Shown one piece after another: positions 1-13,216 of a stretch of 64,000 nucleotides of DNA. The notes under the pieces were generated by a model. It did no database searches, was not told where the DNA came from, and was given only the letters and a program-made list of their open reading frames with translations. Made by a program: the position numbers and the translations under genes. How positions within the stretch are numbered: position 1 is the stretch's first letter; every line of letters begins with the position of its first letter. Origin of the DNA: Octopus sinensis (lineage: Eukaryota); contig NC_043003.1 in assembly GCF_006345805.1 (NCBI RefSeq), positions 93,372,001-93,436,000 of the forward strand, read 5' to 3'.

Positions 1-285
1 TTATTCTTTGAAAGTACTTTTTATATCAGTGTCTTTTGCCAAACCACTAAGTTACAGGGATGTAAACGCACTAACATCGGTTGTCAAGTGATGGTGTGGG
101 GACAAACACACAATTATAAACATACATATATATATAATGGGCTTCTTTCAGTTTCCATCTATCAAATCCACTCACAATGCTTTGGTCGGCCCAGGGCTAG
201 AGTAGAAGACACTTACCCAAGGTACCATGCTATGGGACTGAACCCGGAACCATGTGTTTGGGAAGCAAGCTTACCACACAGCCAT
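1..285 (-). mobile_element. tRNA-derived SINE family A, partial copy
   Basis: Reverse complement of the family head (tggctgtgtggtaagc...ggttccgggttcagtccc) and body, shared with many copies in the window. Confidence 0.85.
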
Positions 286-799
286 TATATGTAATGTACT
301 TTAGCCTACCAAGCCTTTGAGCTTTGAGGATGGCAAATATCTTCAGTGGAGGTGGGCTGTCATTTGTTCGTTTGTCATTTTATCCACAATGTCTGTCTGG
401 CTGACATCTTTGTTGCGATGAGTAGCAGACCAGGGATATGTAAATTGTAGGGAGAGAGAAAGTGAGGCCAAAAGTGCTTCTCTATGAGCTCATGGTGTGT
501 TATGGTTACACAGGTATTAATACGAAGACAGTGAATCACTGTGAAGTGGAATCTAAGAGTTCATGGCTGTATATTTTAATGTAATATCGTGTAGTGTCAA
601 GTGCAGACTCTACCATTGCACTCTGGCAAATTCAATTGGAGTTAGTTCACCTAAGTGCATTGCTTATGATCTTATAGCAGAAATGGCTTGTTACATATTT
701 TTGCACAGGTATCATTGGTTGAGTGGTTGCGCAAGAGTTACACTCTAGTAGGGTAGGTGATTTTTGCTCTTGAAAAGTACAGTCAGGCTATGTTAGTTA

Positions 800-1210
800 G
801 TTAGTTAATTTTTTGGCTCAAAAAGCAAAAAGCAAGGCCATGTAGGGGGACATGGAGTTATGTACAGGGTGGTGTTCATGTAAAGAGTTCAGGCCGCTTG
901 TGGTCAAGGGAGACTTTGAACCGAGCGGTCGTCGGCATCTTCACCATCTCGTCCGGCAGCTTATTCCATGGATCCGCAACCCGGACGGAGAAAGCCCCTC
1001 TCCTTCGATTGAGATGAAATCGTCGCAGATAGAGCTTTTCGGAATGACCCCGCAGCCGACGCTCTGGAGCAGGAGTGAAGAACAGCTCTTATGATGTTGT
1101 GAGCAAGAATGAGATCACCATGGCGTCGTCGTTTTTCTAGAGAATAAAGGTCGAGCGTCTTCAGCCTTTCTTCATAAGACAAATTCTTGAGACCAAGAAC
1201 CATGTTGTAC
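800..1210 (-). mobile_element. CR1/L2-type LINE 3' fragment (RT C-terminal region)
   Basis: Minus frames read LKNLSYEERLKTLDLYSLEKRR..GDLI and, after a frameshift, LRGHSEKL..FSVRVADPWNKLP, typical CR1/L2 ORF2 tail motifs. Confidence 0.85.
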
Positions 1211-2208
1211 CCGTGATTTATGGGTGAAATGGGTAAGGGTAAAGAGAAAGGGAAGGGTAGTTAAGAATAGGAGATCTAGCAACTATGTGTTAGCTGGGTT
1301 CATTGAAGGCTTTGAGTTAAATGATCATGAGTACAATGCTCACTGGTAAGATTAGTACTTTTCACTTCACTCTCACATGTAAGTTGGCCTTCTACCTTGT
1401 CCATATATTTTGTTCCTTTTGCTGTAATCTCCTCCTCATCATCATCCCATCATATTATTTTACATCTCTTTTCCATGTTAGCATAAATTGGATGGGTCAT
1501 TACTGTCCAAATTATTTCTTATTTAGAGTTACAGCTTTCGAAGACGGGTTGGAAGACCACATTTTGTTTGACCGTTCCAGTTTTGGTTTAATTTGGCTGG
1601 TTACTTAACCAGTTTACAGAGTGTAATGGACACATTTTACCAGGGCGCATTCACAAGAGAGATTATCATTTCTTCAGTAAGATATAAGGATTCTCTCTTC
1701 TCTAAATGTTTTCTTGTCCGATCACTTGTCCGATCATTGATTACATCTTTATCATTGCAACATCACTAAGAAAGACAGTATGGACAAGATGTAATGGGAG
1801 AGAGACAATGACAGCTTATGTTTGCTGGCAAAGAGAAGAAGGAGAAAGTCATAAAGATGGATGAGGGCAAGAGACAGTGATAAATTTGAAATGTTTTTTT
1901 CACTCCCATCACTCCAGTCCGAAACGGTTTTGGCCATTTTTTTCACTATGCATATAAAACACACGAGAAACAGTTTCGGTTTTTTTTTAAATTGTTAATA
2001 ATTTCAGAAGAAAATGTGTGATTTAAGGGAGATCTGGATGTTGTTTCTAGCACACCCCAAACCTCCCTCCTTGTTTCTTTCTCAATCACACATCTGTTCA
2101 TATTTTTCAATATTTCTCTCCCCGTAAACAAATTTTATGGAATGATGATGTCAAAGTAACACATATATAGTCCCAACCGAGCGAGGCCGTGTTATGTATA
2201 TAATCTTT

Positions 2209-2614
2209 ACTCTTTTACTTGTTTCAGTCATGTGACTGTGGCCATGCTGGAGCACCGCCTTTAGTCGATCAAATCAACCCCAGGACTTATTCTTTGTAAG
2301 CCTAGTACTTATTTTATCGGTCTCTTTTTTGCCGAACCGCTACGTTGCAGGGACGTAAACACACCAGCATCGGTTGTCAAGCGATGTTGGGGGACAAACA
2401 CAGACAAACACGCACACACATATATATATATATATACATACATATATATACAACGGGCTTCTTTCAGTTTCCGTCTACCAAATCCACTCAACAGGCTTTG
2501 GTCGGCCCGAGGCTATAGTAGAAGACACTTACCCAAGGTGCCACGCAGTGGGACTGAACCCGGAACCATGTGGTTCGTAAGCAAGCTACTTACCACACAG
2601 CCACTCCTACGCCT
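2209..2614 (-). mobile_element. tRNA-derived SINE family A, full length
   Basis: Head ggcgtaggagtggctgtgtggtaag at 2614, internal (TA)/(CA) tract, tail ...gactgaaacaagtaaaagag. Confidence 0.9.
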
Positions 2615-2989
2615 ATGTAAGAAAAAAAAAACTAAAAACATCTTTAGTTTTTATATTAATCTGTCAACTGTAATGCTCATTTGTTCATGTTATTTTGAAT
2701 TATTCACATTCAAGAGGGGTGTCCACAATATTTGCTTGTAACTTTGTAAATTTTTACATACAGATTGAAATTTTGGTTTATAGTTATGTAATGTTAGCTG
2801 ATCTTGCTGAGTAAATTTAACTTTTATGGGCAGGTAAATTTAATTTACAGGTGTAAAAGCAATAACATTATGGATAAACACTAAAATTGAAACTCTTAGT
2901 GCATCTTACCTGTTTGATTTGTTGCTAAAATTATCCCAGATGGCAACCGACACAAATTTTGCCACTTTTCAAGGTGAAGTTTATTAATT

Positions 2990-3836
2990 TGAATCAATTA
3001 AAATACAGGCATAATCGGTACCAGCTTTTATTCTTTCGGTAAATACTTCGTACCTCAGTGTGGAATAATTTTTTTCCACTGTTTTTTTCGGGTGCATTTA
3101 TCGTATCTGACTTCCAAATCCGCTGCAAGCCACTTTTTTTCCAGAAAAGGAAGGTGAGAGGGATGGCAGGGACTTCGAAATTTCCCATCAAGGGAGTTTT
3201 GTTTGGCGGGTCTTTTTTCCTTTTCCAGGTTATTTTGCGTGCTTTCAACGAATGTGACATCGAAATCATGCGTAAACAGCTCCTTTTTCCAGAAAAGTAA
3301 AAGATTTGGCTGCTATTGCTAGCATGCCCTGCTACCACATAACAGCTGCTTGCGTTCACACCGAAATATTTACCAAGTTTTTTCCTTCCATTTAGTTTTT
3401 CCAATTTATGGAAGTTAATATTTTCTCTGTTGACATCCACATAAGCGAGGTCACGGATCAACTGGAAACACATCAATCACTGTTCTCTCTTGATAGGTCA
3501 AAGAAATTTCCGCTGTCTTTGAAAACAACAAGCGGGTGGATTTGGTTTCAAATCCAGGCAGGGCCAAACGAGGTCCTACAAGTTATTTATAATAAGTGGA
3601 TTATATCGAGGTTGAAAGAATGACGCGTACAATATTAAATATGCTAAGATAATCTGAAAACAATAGAAACTTTCAAACATTTACTGGTTTTTATGAAATT
3701 TTTGGGTTAACGGAATCTTAATGTAACGAAGTTAATTAGTCCGATAATGGTTTTCAAAGTTAACTTAGATCGTTAACGAAAATGTTAAATTCGTTAATTA
3801 ACGATGAATGGATTAACAGACTTACGCCCAGCTCTG
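2990..3836 (-). mobile_element. Probable decayed hAT-like DNA transposon end with coding remnant
   Basis: Terminus cagagctgggcgtaag followed by many gttaac/taacg subterminal motifs (3700-3830); coding-like sequence 2994-3650 without a recognisable motif; second TIR not found. Confidence 0.35.
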
Positions 3837-5449
3837 CCAGACCCTATCAGCATCAACATTTTAACATTCGTTTTGTCATGCTTGTACTGATAAGGCGGGT
3901 CTTTCTCCTGCATTGCATGTCGTCAATTGCGGCAGTTCTTTCCCATCTCTTTCGTGAAGCTCAGCACTTTGAATTCAGTCTTCACCACTTCATCCCATTT
4001 CTCCTAAGGTTTTCTCTGTTACAGGTTCCACCCAATTTAAGTGCTTGACATTTCTTTATATAGCTGTTATCCTCAGTAAAAGTCTTCTCTCCCATGCACT
4101 ACATTTGAGGCCTCATATCTTTTTAATGTTTTTTTTTCTCAGTTCATTCCACCGTTCATGCCATTACCGTTACATAGTTAACGGCGTATGTTTGCTTTAT
4201 TTCTTTCTAACATCCACGAATCTACTTGTAAGATGCTGAGCTCACAGCATCACATTTTGTACACTAGCAATCTATCATTCACTCAGAGAGGAAATTTTTT
4301 TGTTGGCAGTACAGGTATTAGTTCATTGAACTTTCTTACTCTGATTCTCTTTTGATTATAAGCTTAGTTATATAAATGGAGGTATGCAGAGGCACAGTGT
4401 ACCCATACTTTCAGTTCAAATAGGCATTTATAGGAATTTATAGGACCTAGCTCCTCTCATCATCCCTGCCTCACGGACCTTAGATTACCCCAAATTTCTA
4501 AAACCTATTTTTCATAACTTATTTGCTGTTTTTTCATTTACATTAATAATAATCACAAAACGGTACAGACGTTATTTCATTTCACACACCAACTCCTGCT
4601 TTCCTGGTGTCTTATAAAATTTCAGGATTTGGGAATTACAAAAAAAAAAAAAAACAGTTTACCAATATTAAAAAAAAGTTCCAGTTTTTCTTTTGAAACA
4701 GAAAAAAAATATTCCCATATGACGTCATATAAGCCTTCTCTAAGATTACTAATCGAATTTAAATTTTAATGGAAAAGAAAATTATTTTAAAAGGAAATAT
4801 GTGGAATGTCATCTCTATTATAACGTAACAATAGTGAAGAGAAATATTTTTTTATACTCACCTCTTGATCTCACTGATATTTAATTGATATTTTCAGTGT
4901 TTCAACAGACGTAAGCAGTCGAATTGCGTAGACTGTATATTGCATATCAAATCCAAGAGGGGAATTAAACTGTTCACTCACTGATATGTTTGACGGTCAA
5001 CAAAGTTACCTCGTTTCTTCGGGTCACCCAAATCTATCTTTGTATTTTCCTCGGATTGTTTTTGTTTCATTAGCAACATCTAAAGCCAGAGATCGACGCA
5101 GCCTATAACCAGCAAACACACATCAGTAAGTCTACAGTCACGAAACATCGAATAAGAATTCAATAAGTAAATTGCGAGTAAGAGTTTTCCCATCACTAAC
5201 AAAAATGCACGCCATGCGCGCGTTCACGTAAGAGTTTTCCCTTTACTAACGAACATGCGCGCGTGCACGCACATAGACATACACGAACACTCACTAATAC
5301 ACGAAGTCATACAATATAGTACCTATACGATCAATCAATCGATCAAATCAACCAATTTCTCTCCCTCTACCTACCTACCCGTCCGTGTGTGTGTACACTA
5401 TTAAACAGATTCCAAAGAGGCTGATGTTGGTCGGCGTCGATAGCACTTG

Positions 5450-5830
5450 CGTTTTTTTTTAGAAGTAAAATCGAGAAAAGGTGTACAGTGAACTTGCCAT
5501 GGGTAATGGAAAAGCCAGCGTTTCGGACATTGTCCCTCGTCAGGGAAAAGTTGTCAACAATGAAATTAGAGACAGTAGAGTTTTATATCCTATAAGTTAT
5601 AAAAAAAAAACTGGCCGCAAAAGAGTAAACTGATAAGCAACGCAGGATCACGCGAACTCCGTATGTGAACAAGAAGGGAAACTGGGAGAGAGAAATGGAA
5701 CGAGGAGGAGAAAACGTCGGTTGGTCATCAATTCATAACGGGTTCGAACTTGGAAAAGATATTAAATATAGATGCTCATTGAGCAGGAATCTATGGTGAT
5801 AAACCCGTCACTTATAACTTAATTATAAGT
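5450..5830 (-). mobile_element. Penelope-like element 3' remnant with degenerate hammerhead core
   Basis: Minus strand CTGACGA-G-GGAC-AAT-GTCC-GAAAC (5543-5520); upstream minus frame EHLYLISFPSSNPL loosely resembles the GIY-YIG C-terminus. Confidence 0.45.
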
Positions 5831-6566
5831 ATTATCACTATGCATAAATCTTAACTCAGGCTGTGTAAACGCCGTGATGAACTTGTAGCGTACGCTTAGT
5901 GAAATTCTCTCTCCCTCTGTTATATATAACATAAATACGGACGTAGCAGATAATAGCTAGCCTTCGGCCGTTTGACCCTGTTGTGTCCACTACTCCGATT
6001 GGTTGGTATTGGCGCAATTTGTCTCTTGTTATATTACGCGCCAAAGTGCAACCCAATCAATCTCAGCCTTCTAATAACGTCCCGTGACACAGTCTTCTAA
6101 ATTCTCTGTTGGAGCCTCCTAGTCTCTATAAAAGCTAGTTATAAAAACCGTATTTCGTCTTTGGTTCTAGACCTTCTAAGGTCTGACCACAGAGCACACA
6201 GCCAGTTCCAGCGACAGACAACACCAGCAGCATTCAAGACTTCCATCTCCTTCGCCTTCATCTTAACGACGCCAACAACATCTCTACGTATATATCAATA
6301 CTTGCTCAGGTTTAACTCCTCACTGTTTGTGAATTCCTTCACCGTGGTTAACAGAAAGTACTACCTGCGAAATCTTCCTGTATCAAGTAATCGGCAGCGG
6401 CATAGTAACCACAATCTCTTACACGACACGTGCAATAACCGGCTCTGTTTTTACGCCAAAACTTCTTGTTACAGCTCAACTATTGTGTACCTTACTACGA
6501 ACTGGTATTTATCTTCATTGTGTCTGAACTTCTAGCGTCCTGTTATAGACTTTTTCTATGATGAAA

Positions 6567-7173
6567 TGTTGGAGTCAGCTGGTGTGACGGTAAGAGTTTG
6601 TTATTAAAACGGCAAGTTGCAAGATGTGTAAGATGAACAATGCATGAAGTTTTAAGAAAGTTATTTATTTACCGTTACGTTACAAAACCATACCTGGACG
6701 GGCAGGTTATGATAATTCAAAAGCATGCGAAAGTTAGATGCGGTAGAATGTTTGAGTTTGGGTTCTCTTCATTGTTTAGTAGTAAACAGAGAGAGAGAGA
6801 GAGAATGAGAACAGAATTAGAGCTAGTGAGAGAGTGTGGGACGTTGTCTTTCTTTTCCCTCTGGCCGTGTTGTCTGCCTGCTTCCATGATTCTTGTGGTC
6901 TGTTCAACAACTGATGTTAGCTCTCCCTCAACTCGCGAGTTTGTCACCAAGGTGACCAACTGATTTTTGCTTGGGGTGTGCTTACTTATATAAAGATCCA
7001 GAAGGATAGATATATCATTGAGAAAAATAGATTTAGTTGGTGGTCTTGTTATCTATTCTAGCTTTTGGTGAAGTAGGAGAGGTTGGAAAGGGTCAAGTGG
7101 TGAAGACATCTGGAAAATGTAAAACTGCTGTCAGAGAAAAACCATTGTTCCATCATGGGAAAAGTTCTGTTGC
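6567..7173 (-). mobile_element. Possible solo LTR
   Basis: TG...CA ends, TATA-like tatataag near 6990 and AATAAA near 6665 in minus orientation; no partner LTR or clear TSD. Confidence 0.25.
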
Positions 7174-7751
7174 AGTATTAATTTAAATTTGGCTATGGTG
7201 GATCGAATCCACTTTATGCTTGCAAGATTCGCTACACAGACAACCTCAATCAAGATTATTGTATATTATACTCTTGAAATCTACTGTCAGAAACGAATGT
7301 GATTGTAAAGAGATGGGGCAAGATAATTAACGGATTCAACAGTTGACGATCAAGAGAAAAGAATTTGCCGTAAATGTCCGTCTGCTCTTAACTAAGTTTT
7401 GATATTGTTTAATCTGTTTTATATTTTATTTGCAAGATTTTTTATATGAACTCATGTGTTGAAAAAGATTTAGTTGTATCTCCGGAGGGACATTACGCCA
7501 AATGCCAAATAATAAAGAAGTGAAATTAAACAGTGCGTGTGTTTCATTTCTTAACAACTCCACTCGGGATATAGCTTAATCTCTGTTTTAGTCGTAATAA
7601 AATTATTTGACTTGCACCAAAATCTGAAAGAAACTTAAGCGAGGAGAAATTTGGTGTTTCACGTTCATGTCTTTACCAAGAGCAATAATAGGATAAGAGA
7701 AATTAGATTCAACTGATAAAAGTAAAGTGGTGATACAACAAAATATACTAT

Positions 7752-8071
7752 CAGTGGTTCTTAAAAGGGGCCCATATTACCTCTGGGGGGTCTATATAAG
7801 ATTTTTAGGGGTCTACGCAAATAAAATAGTGAATTGGGGGTCGCACGAAAAAATTTTGTTTTAGATGCAATTTATTTGAAGAAACAGATTTCTTTCTCTA
7901 AAGTTTTACGTAGCTCAAACTACACAAGATAATGTTTGAAAAACAAAGAAGGAATTTTGAAAGAAGTACCTGTAAAACTAGTTTATAAACACCGAGAAGC
8001 TATGGGGATCCACCAGAATAAAATAGTAATTAGAGGGATCCATAGATAAAAAAAATGGTTGAGAACCACTG
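7752..8071. mobile_element. hAT (Charlie-like) MITE
   Basis: TIRs cagtggttct...agaaccactg; internal sequence related to the copy at 60334-60679. Confidence 0.8.
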
Positions 8072-8164
8072 CTTTATATAGATTTTTTGCAAATGACTTG
8101 CAGATACATGTGCTACCAGTTGAAAGTATCGCATATTGGATATTAGCAAGTTTGTGGAGTCATC

Positions 8165-8440
8165 AGGAGAGAATGTGCGCCTTTTCGGGGCATTTTCTCG
8201 GCGGCATCATTGCGCACCGGCCCCACTCACTGACAATGACCATTAGATTTTGCTCAATATTCTTCAAGCCGTTGCTCATCATTTCTTTTAACCAAATGCA
8301 GTGGCTTGCCTTCTCCACTGTAGTCTGGATATCACACATAGTGGTATTTACTTTACGATGAGTTAGACCAAGCAAAAACAACAGACCTCACTGTGTCCAA
8401 CGAATCCTCTACATTCGACTTCGAATGAAAATATATTTAA
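8165..8440 (-). mobile_element. Internal fragment of non-autonomous Helitron family
   Basis: ggccccactcactgac(a)atgaccattagattttgctcaat shared with the Helitron fragment at 10462-10660. Confidence 0.55.
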
Positions 8441-8789
8441 ATTGAGTGTTCTGTTCTAATATCTTCATTTTTCAAACAGGTATTCTTTCTGTAACGTATT
8501 CTGAAATTCTCGCTTTTCTTTGTAAACTCTTTCACTGGAAATTAAAACTGTAAGTTTTTTTTTTTTATCATAGAAGAGTGTCTGAAACACCATTTGAGAA
8601 AATACATTTAAATTCACTTACAAACGAAAGTTTAAGCTAAACGGCTTAATGGTGCAGGGGAAGTAACAATAATGCCAGGGAGATAATTCAGTAGCAAAAG
8701 TGGACAAATTTGTTTTGGTCTTGTTTCTCTTATTTTTTTTTTTTTTTGAAATGCATTAGTTCTTATGATAAATAATAATAATGAAATTA

Positions 8790-9070
8790 TTGTAAACAGT
8801 GCTCAGGTGCACCACGACTTGACAAAAATGCGTATAAAGCATATGCAGTAATGTACACATGTCTGGAAAGTGAATAGTGTATGAGTCAGATACATGCTTG
8901 CGTGTGTATGGCGGGGAGAAAATCAGGGTAGTGTTGGCGAATCTCAGGAAGCATGGAAGTTTTGAAGGATGCAGTGCTCCGACAACTAACAACTGATGCC
9001 GGCAGTTTGTTCCATACATTTGTGACTGAGAAACGAAGCATGACTCTCATTAAATCACTCCTTACAGTTA
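8790..9070 (-). mobile_element. CR1/L2-type LINE 3' fragment
   Basis: Minus frame FSVTNVWNKLPASVVSCRSTASFK, the CR1/L2 WN.LP tail motif. Confidence 0.75.
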
Positions 9071-9231
9071 TAAATACATAGCGTAAGTTGACATCGGGAG
9101 AAGCCACCAAAAGTATTGAATGTCTTCTCGTAAATCAAGAGTTTGAATTAATAAAGACATTTTCACAGCAGAACGCTTTATTTTATATAACTTCAGATCA
9201 AAACCATGCGCCTGGGAAGCAAGATTCTTAC

Positions 9232-9335
<104 letters not shown>

Positions 9336-9682
9336 GGCCCATTCTTAGGTATAAGACTAAGTTGAAACAATCACTGAAATCCTTACAGCTTAATTTAATA
9401 TCTTGAGAAAGTGATTTCCTAGATTGATCTGAGTGACGTAAAATGTGTCATGATGCAGCTAAACAATTGTAGAAGCAACAATGAAAGAATTATATTTTAC
9501 AACCAACAGACACATTTGTCAAATCACACGCAAAATCAAAATCTTCATTGTCCCCAGTGTGGCTTCATAGCAAAATCCATACCTGGACTCAAATCAATTT
9601 TGCAGCTTCTTTTATTTCAAATCCTTTCTTTTTAAAAAATCCTTTCTTTTAAACACTCAAAAGTCGAAATCGACGGGAGTGA

Positions 9683-9746
<64 letters not shown>

Positions 9747-9799
9747 TATATATATATATATATAGATACATATATATATACATATATATATATATATAC

Positions 9800-9831
<32 letters not shown>

Positions 9832-9852
9832 ATACACATACATACACACTTC

Positions 9853-10045
9853 CACTCTTTTACTTGTTTCAGCAGTCATTTGACTGTGGCCATGCTGGAG
9901 CACTGCCTTAGTCGAGCAAATCAACCCCAGGACTTATTCTTTGTAAGCCTAGTACTTATTCTATCGGTCTCTTTTTACGGGGACGTATATACTCACCAGC
10001 ATCGGTTGTCAAGTGATGTTGGGGGGACCAAACATACACACACAC

Positions 10046-10116
<71 letters not shown>

Positions 10117-10292
10117 TTACATAAATACAACGGGCTTCTTTCAGTTTCCGTCTACCAAATCCACTCACAAGGCTCTGGTCGGCCCGAAGCTATAGTAGAA
10201 GACACTTGCCCAAGGTATCACGCAGTAGGAATGAACCTGGAACAATGCGGTTCATAAGCAAGCTACTTACCACACAGCTACTCCTACGCCTA
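9853..10292 (-). mobile_element. tRNA-derived SINE family A with internal (CA)n
   Basis: Same head and tail as 2209-2614. Confidence 0.9.
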
Positions 10293-10461
10293 TGTATGTA
10301 ATGGGCGCAGGTTCGTGTGTCATATAGCTAGCTAGAGGCGGTGGCCTCTTGGAGCTAATCAGCGACAGCTTTAGTCTTATATTTAGACTGCCATGTTAGT
10401 ATGGCGATAACTATTAATATATATATATATATACATATGTATGTATGTATGTATATCTATA

Positions 10462-10660
10462 CTAGCAGTATCGCCCGGCGTTGCTCGGATTTGTAAGGGA
10501 AATAACTATATAAGCATTTTAGGGAGTTACTTCCCTTACATAAACCGAGCAAAAAATGCATTAAAAATGTGCGCCGTTTTGGGGCCTTTTTCTCGACGGC
10601 CCCACTCACTGACATGACCATTAGATTTTGCTCAATAGTCTTCATTTCGCCAGGCGTGCT
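10462..10660 (-). mobile_element. Non-autonomous Helitron 3' fragment
   Basis: Minus strand ends ccgagcaacgccgggcgatactgCTAG-T (hairpin plus CTAG), as in 37149-37788 and 39480-39864. Confidence 0.75.
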
Positions 10661-10667
10661 AATGTTT

Positions 10668-11081
10668 CTTTTCTTTATTGCCCACAAGGAGCTAAACAGA
10701 GTGGACAAACAAGGACAGGCAAAGGGATTAAGTCGATTAGATCGACCCCAGTGCGTAACTGGTACTTAATTTATCGACCCCGAAAGGATGAAAGGCAAAG
10801 TCGACCTCGGCGGAATTCGAACTCAGAATGTAACGGCAGACGAAATACCTATTTCTTTACTACCCACAAGGGGCTAAACACAGAGAGGACAAACAAGGAC
10901 AGACAAACGGATTATGTCGATTATATTGACCCCTGTGCGTAACTGGTACCTATTTAATCGACCCCGAAAGGATGAAACGCAAAGTCGACTTCGACGGAAT
11001 TTGAACACAGAACGTAACGACAGACGAAATACCGCTAAACATTTCGCCCGGCGATCTAACAACTCTGCCAGTTCGCCGCCT
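10668..11081 (-). mobile_element. tRNA-derived SINE family B, dimeric body
   Basis: Head ggcggcgaactggcagag (A-box-like) and B-box-like g(a/t)gttc(a/g)aattcc; body repeated with a 182 bp period. Confidence 0.85.
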
Positions 11082-11289
11082 TTTAGAGATGACTTAATAT
11101 TAAATAACAGATAGCATCTGAAATATTTCGCTGTCATTTCTCCTGCTACTCACATCTATCTTTGCTCCATTGGTTGATTAAGTTTTTTGCTCATTTACTG
11201 TCCCCATCAGTTGTTTATATCGCCCCCGGTTCAAAGATTTCTAAGTATCTAGCGATGACACGCACACGTATCGCTTTCTTTCCATGGCC

Positions 11290-11730
11290 ACATTAAGGTT
11301 GTCTGCAGCAATGTTGGCGAATGTCTCGAATTATCTCCCTTGTATCAGAAACTCGCGAATATCTCTGTCCATCCTTCTCCGCTCGCTTATTCCTCGGAAG
11401 GTAGTCGTGGTTAAGAATCTTTAGATACCTCCTCCATAGGACCCTGTCACAGGCAACTGCCGTTACACTTTCCTGCTGGATTCCCAATTGTGTCAAGCTG
11501 AGACTGTAGATATTACCCAACTATCTTACCCGATTCAATCTAATCACCTGTCCGCAAGTACCAGAGTTGTGGCCCCTTCAATATAGAAAAGTAGCGACTC
11601 AACATGGAGGGGGGGGGGAAGCTCTCTGATCACCAAGCAAACACATCCTGTCGAATTACGTTGTTCAAAAATACTTAGGAGGAACCTCATTTCGACCGCC
11701 TGTATTTGCGATTGTACTCTTTCTGTCATT
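11290..11730 (-). mobile_element. RTE-type LINE fragment
   Basis: Minus frame SQIQAVEMRFL resembles the RTE QAAEMRFLRR motif; decayed. Confidence 0.65.
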
Positions 11731-12205
11731 AGCCAACAATCATCACTATATGGATTATTTCAACGATTTAGCGACATTGAAGACGTACTTTGGAAATAGC
11801 CTAAAATTTGACCAAAATCCTTTATTAGGATTAAATCGTCTACGCCTACTATCAATTTTGAACGAGCAGTTCTACAACCAAGGGCTTTGCACCCATGAGT
11901 ATCCCGCCTTAGTAATAATAAGTAGAAATATTCGTTGTGTGCTACAGAAGCAGGATTAGTTTGAAATGGCAACATGCGTATCAAAGTAGATACATCATGA
12001 AAAACATGATTAACTGCAATATTTGACTCAAAATAGTAGCAGATACAGACATAACGAATTTTCATTCATTTGTTTTTCTACAAGAGTAACAGTGGATTTT
12101 GTCTTAGTATGTGGTTATCAATGAATACTTGTTGCTGACGAAGTGCAAAGAAGCAGAAATGCACATTTAACAACATCACCACTGTTACTGAACGATTTTT
12201 GCCAG

Positions 12206-12255
<50 letters not shown>

Positions 12256-12530
12256 CAACAATTGAGGGTAAAATTAATTAATCAATTTCACCAAGTGTTC
12301 AGTATGTAAAAGGACCATTTAAGGCGAATTCAAAATATTACATTATATAATTAGGGCTTAGTAAGATAAATTACTTTGCCACATACTGAACTTAGTAGAA
12401 ATAGCAGCCAAAAAAGTGTTTTTAGCCATTTCTACTACTTAAAGAAAATTTCTCTCAGATAATGTTTACTCCAGACAGCTCACGAAGGTTTGGAGGTAAA
12501 TACAGAAAAATATCACAAGTACATAGATCG

Positions 12531-12593
12531 TTTGAGTACGTCAACGTTTCAAGATTAGCCAATAAAATCAGCATTTCTATCGTCAGCTCAAAA
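12531..12593 (-). ncRNA. Type I hammerhead ribozyme motif (left arm)
   Basis: tttgag-CTGACGA-stem II-GAAA-CGTTGACG-TA-ctcaaa on the minus strand. Confidence 0.7.
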
Positions 12594-13153
12594 TTTCTTA
12601 ATTGGATTGGAAACACTAAAAAGAAGGAACTTACCTATCGGCGTACTTGTCGCTTCAGATGAACCAGCTCCTACTGACAGTGCCAACAAATTCAAAATGC
12701 GCAGGCGTAAATTTCTGCACTCCTTTTCCACCACGTGGTCTATCTAGCAAACATTATATTTTAACCGCGAGAACCGAGGCAGTATGACGGAGAGAATGAA
12801 TTATTATAATATCAACAATGAGGGTAAAATTATTTAATCAATTTCACCAAGTGTTCTGTATGTAAAAGGACCATTTAAGGCGAATTCAAAATATTACATT
12901 ATATAATTAGGGCTTAGTAAAATAAATACTTTGCCACGTACTGCCACATACTGCCTCGGTCATACTGCCTCGGTTCTCGCGGTTAAAATATAATGTTTGC
13001 TAGATAGACCACGTGGGTGGAAAAGGAGTGCAGAAATTTACGCTGCGCATTTTGAATTGTTGCACTGTCAGTAGGAGCTGGTTCATCTGAAGCGACAAGT
13101 ACGCCGATAGGTAAGTTCCTTCTTTTTAGTGTTTCCAAATCCAAATTAAGAAA

Positions 13154-13216
13154 TTTTGAGCTGACGATAGAAATGCTGATTTTATTTGGCTAACTTGAAA
13201 CGTTGACGTACTCAAA
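13154..13216 (+). ncRNA. Type I hammerhead ribozyme motif (right arm)
   Basis: tttgag/ctcaaa 6 bp stem I, CTGACGA 13161-13167, GAAA 13197-13200, stem III CGT-TG-ACG, GUA cleavage triplet ending 13210. Confidence 0.7.

Noticed and set aside
5918-6560. Second solo LTR on the + strand
   Set aside because: TATA-like motif only; no TG...CA boundaries or TSD could be fixed
9500-9610. C2H2-like peptide HCPQCGFIAKSIPGLKS
   Set aside because: Second half of the finger is missing and no splice or ORF support; probably a LINE remnant, not assignable
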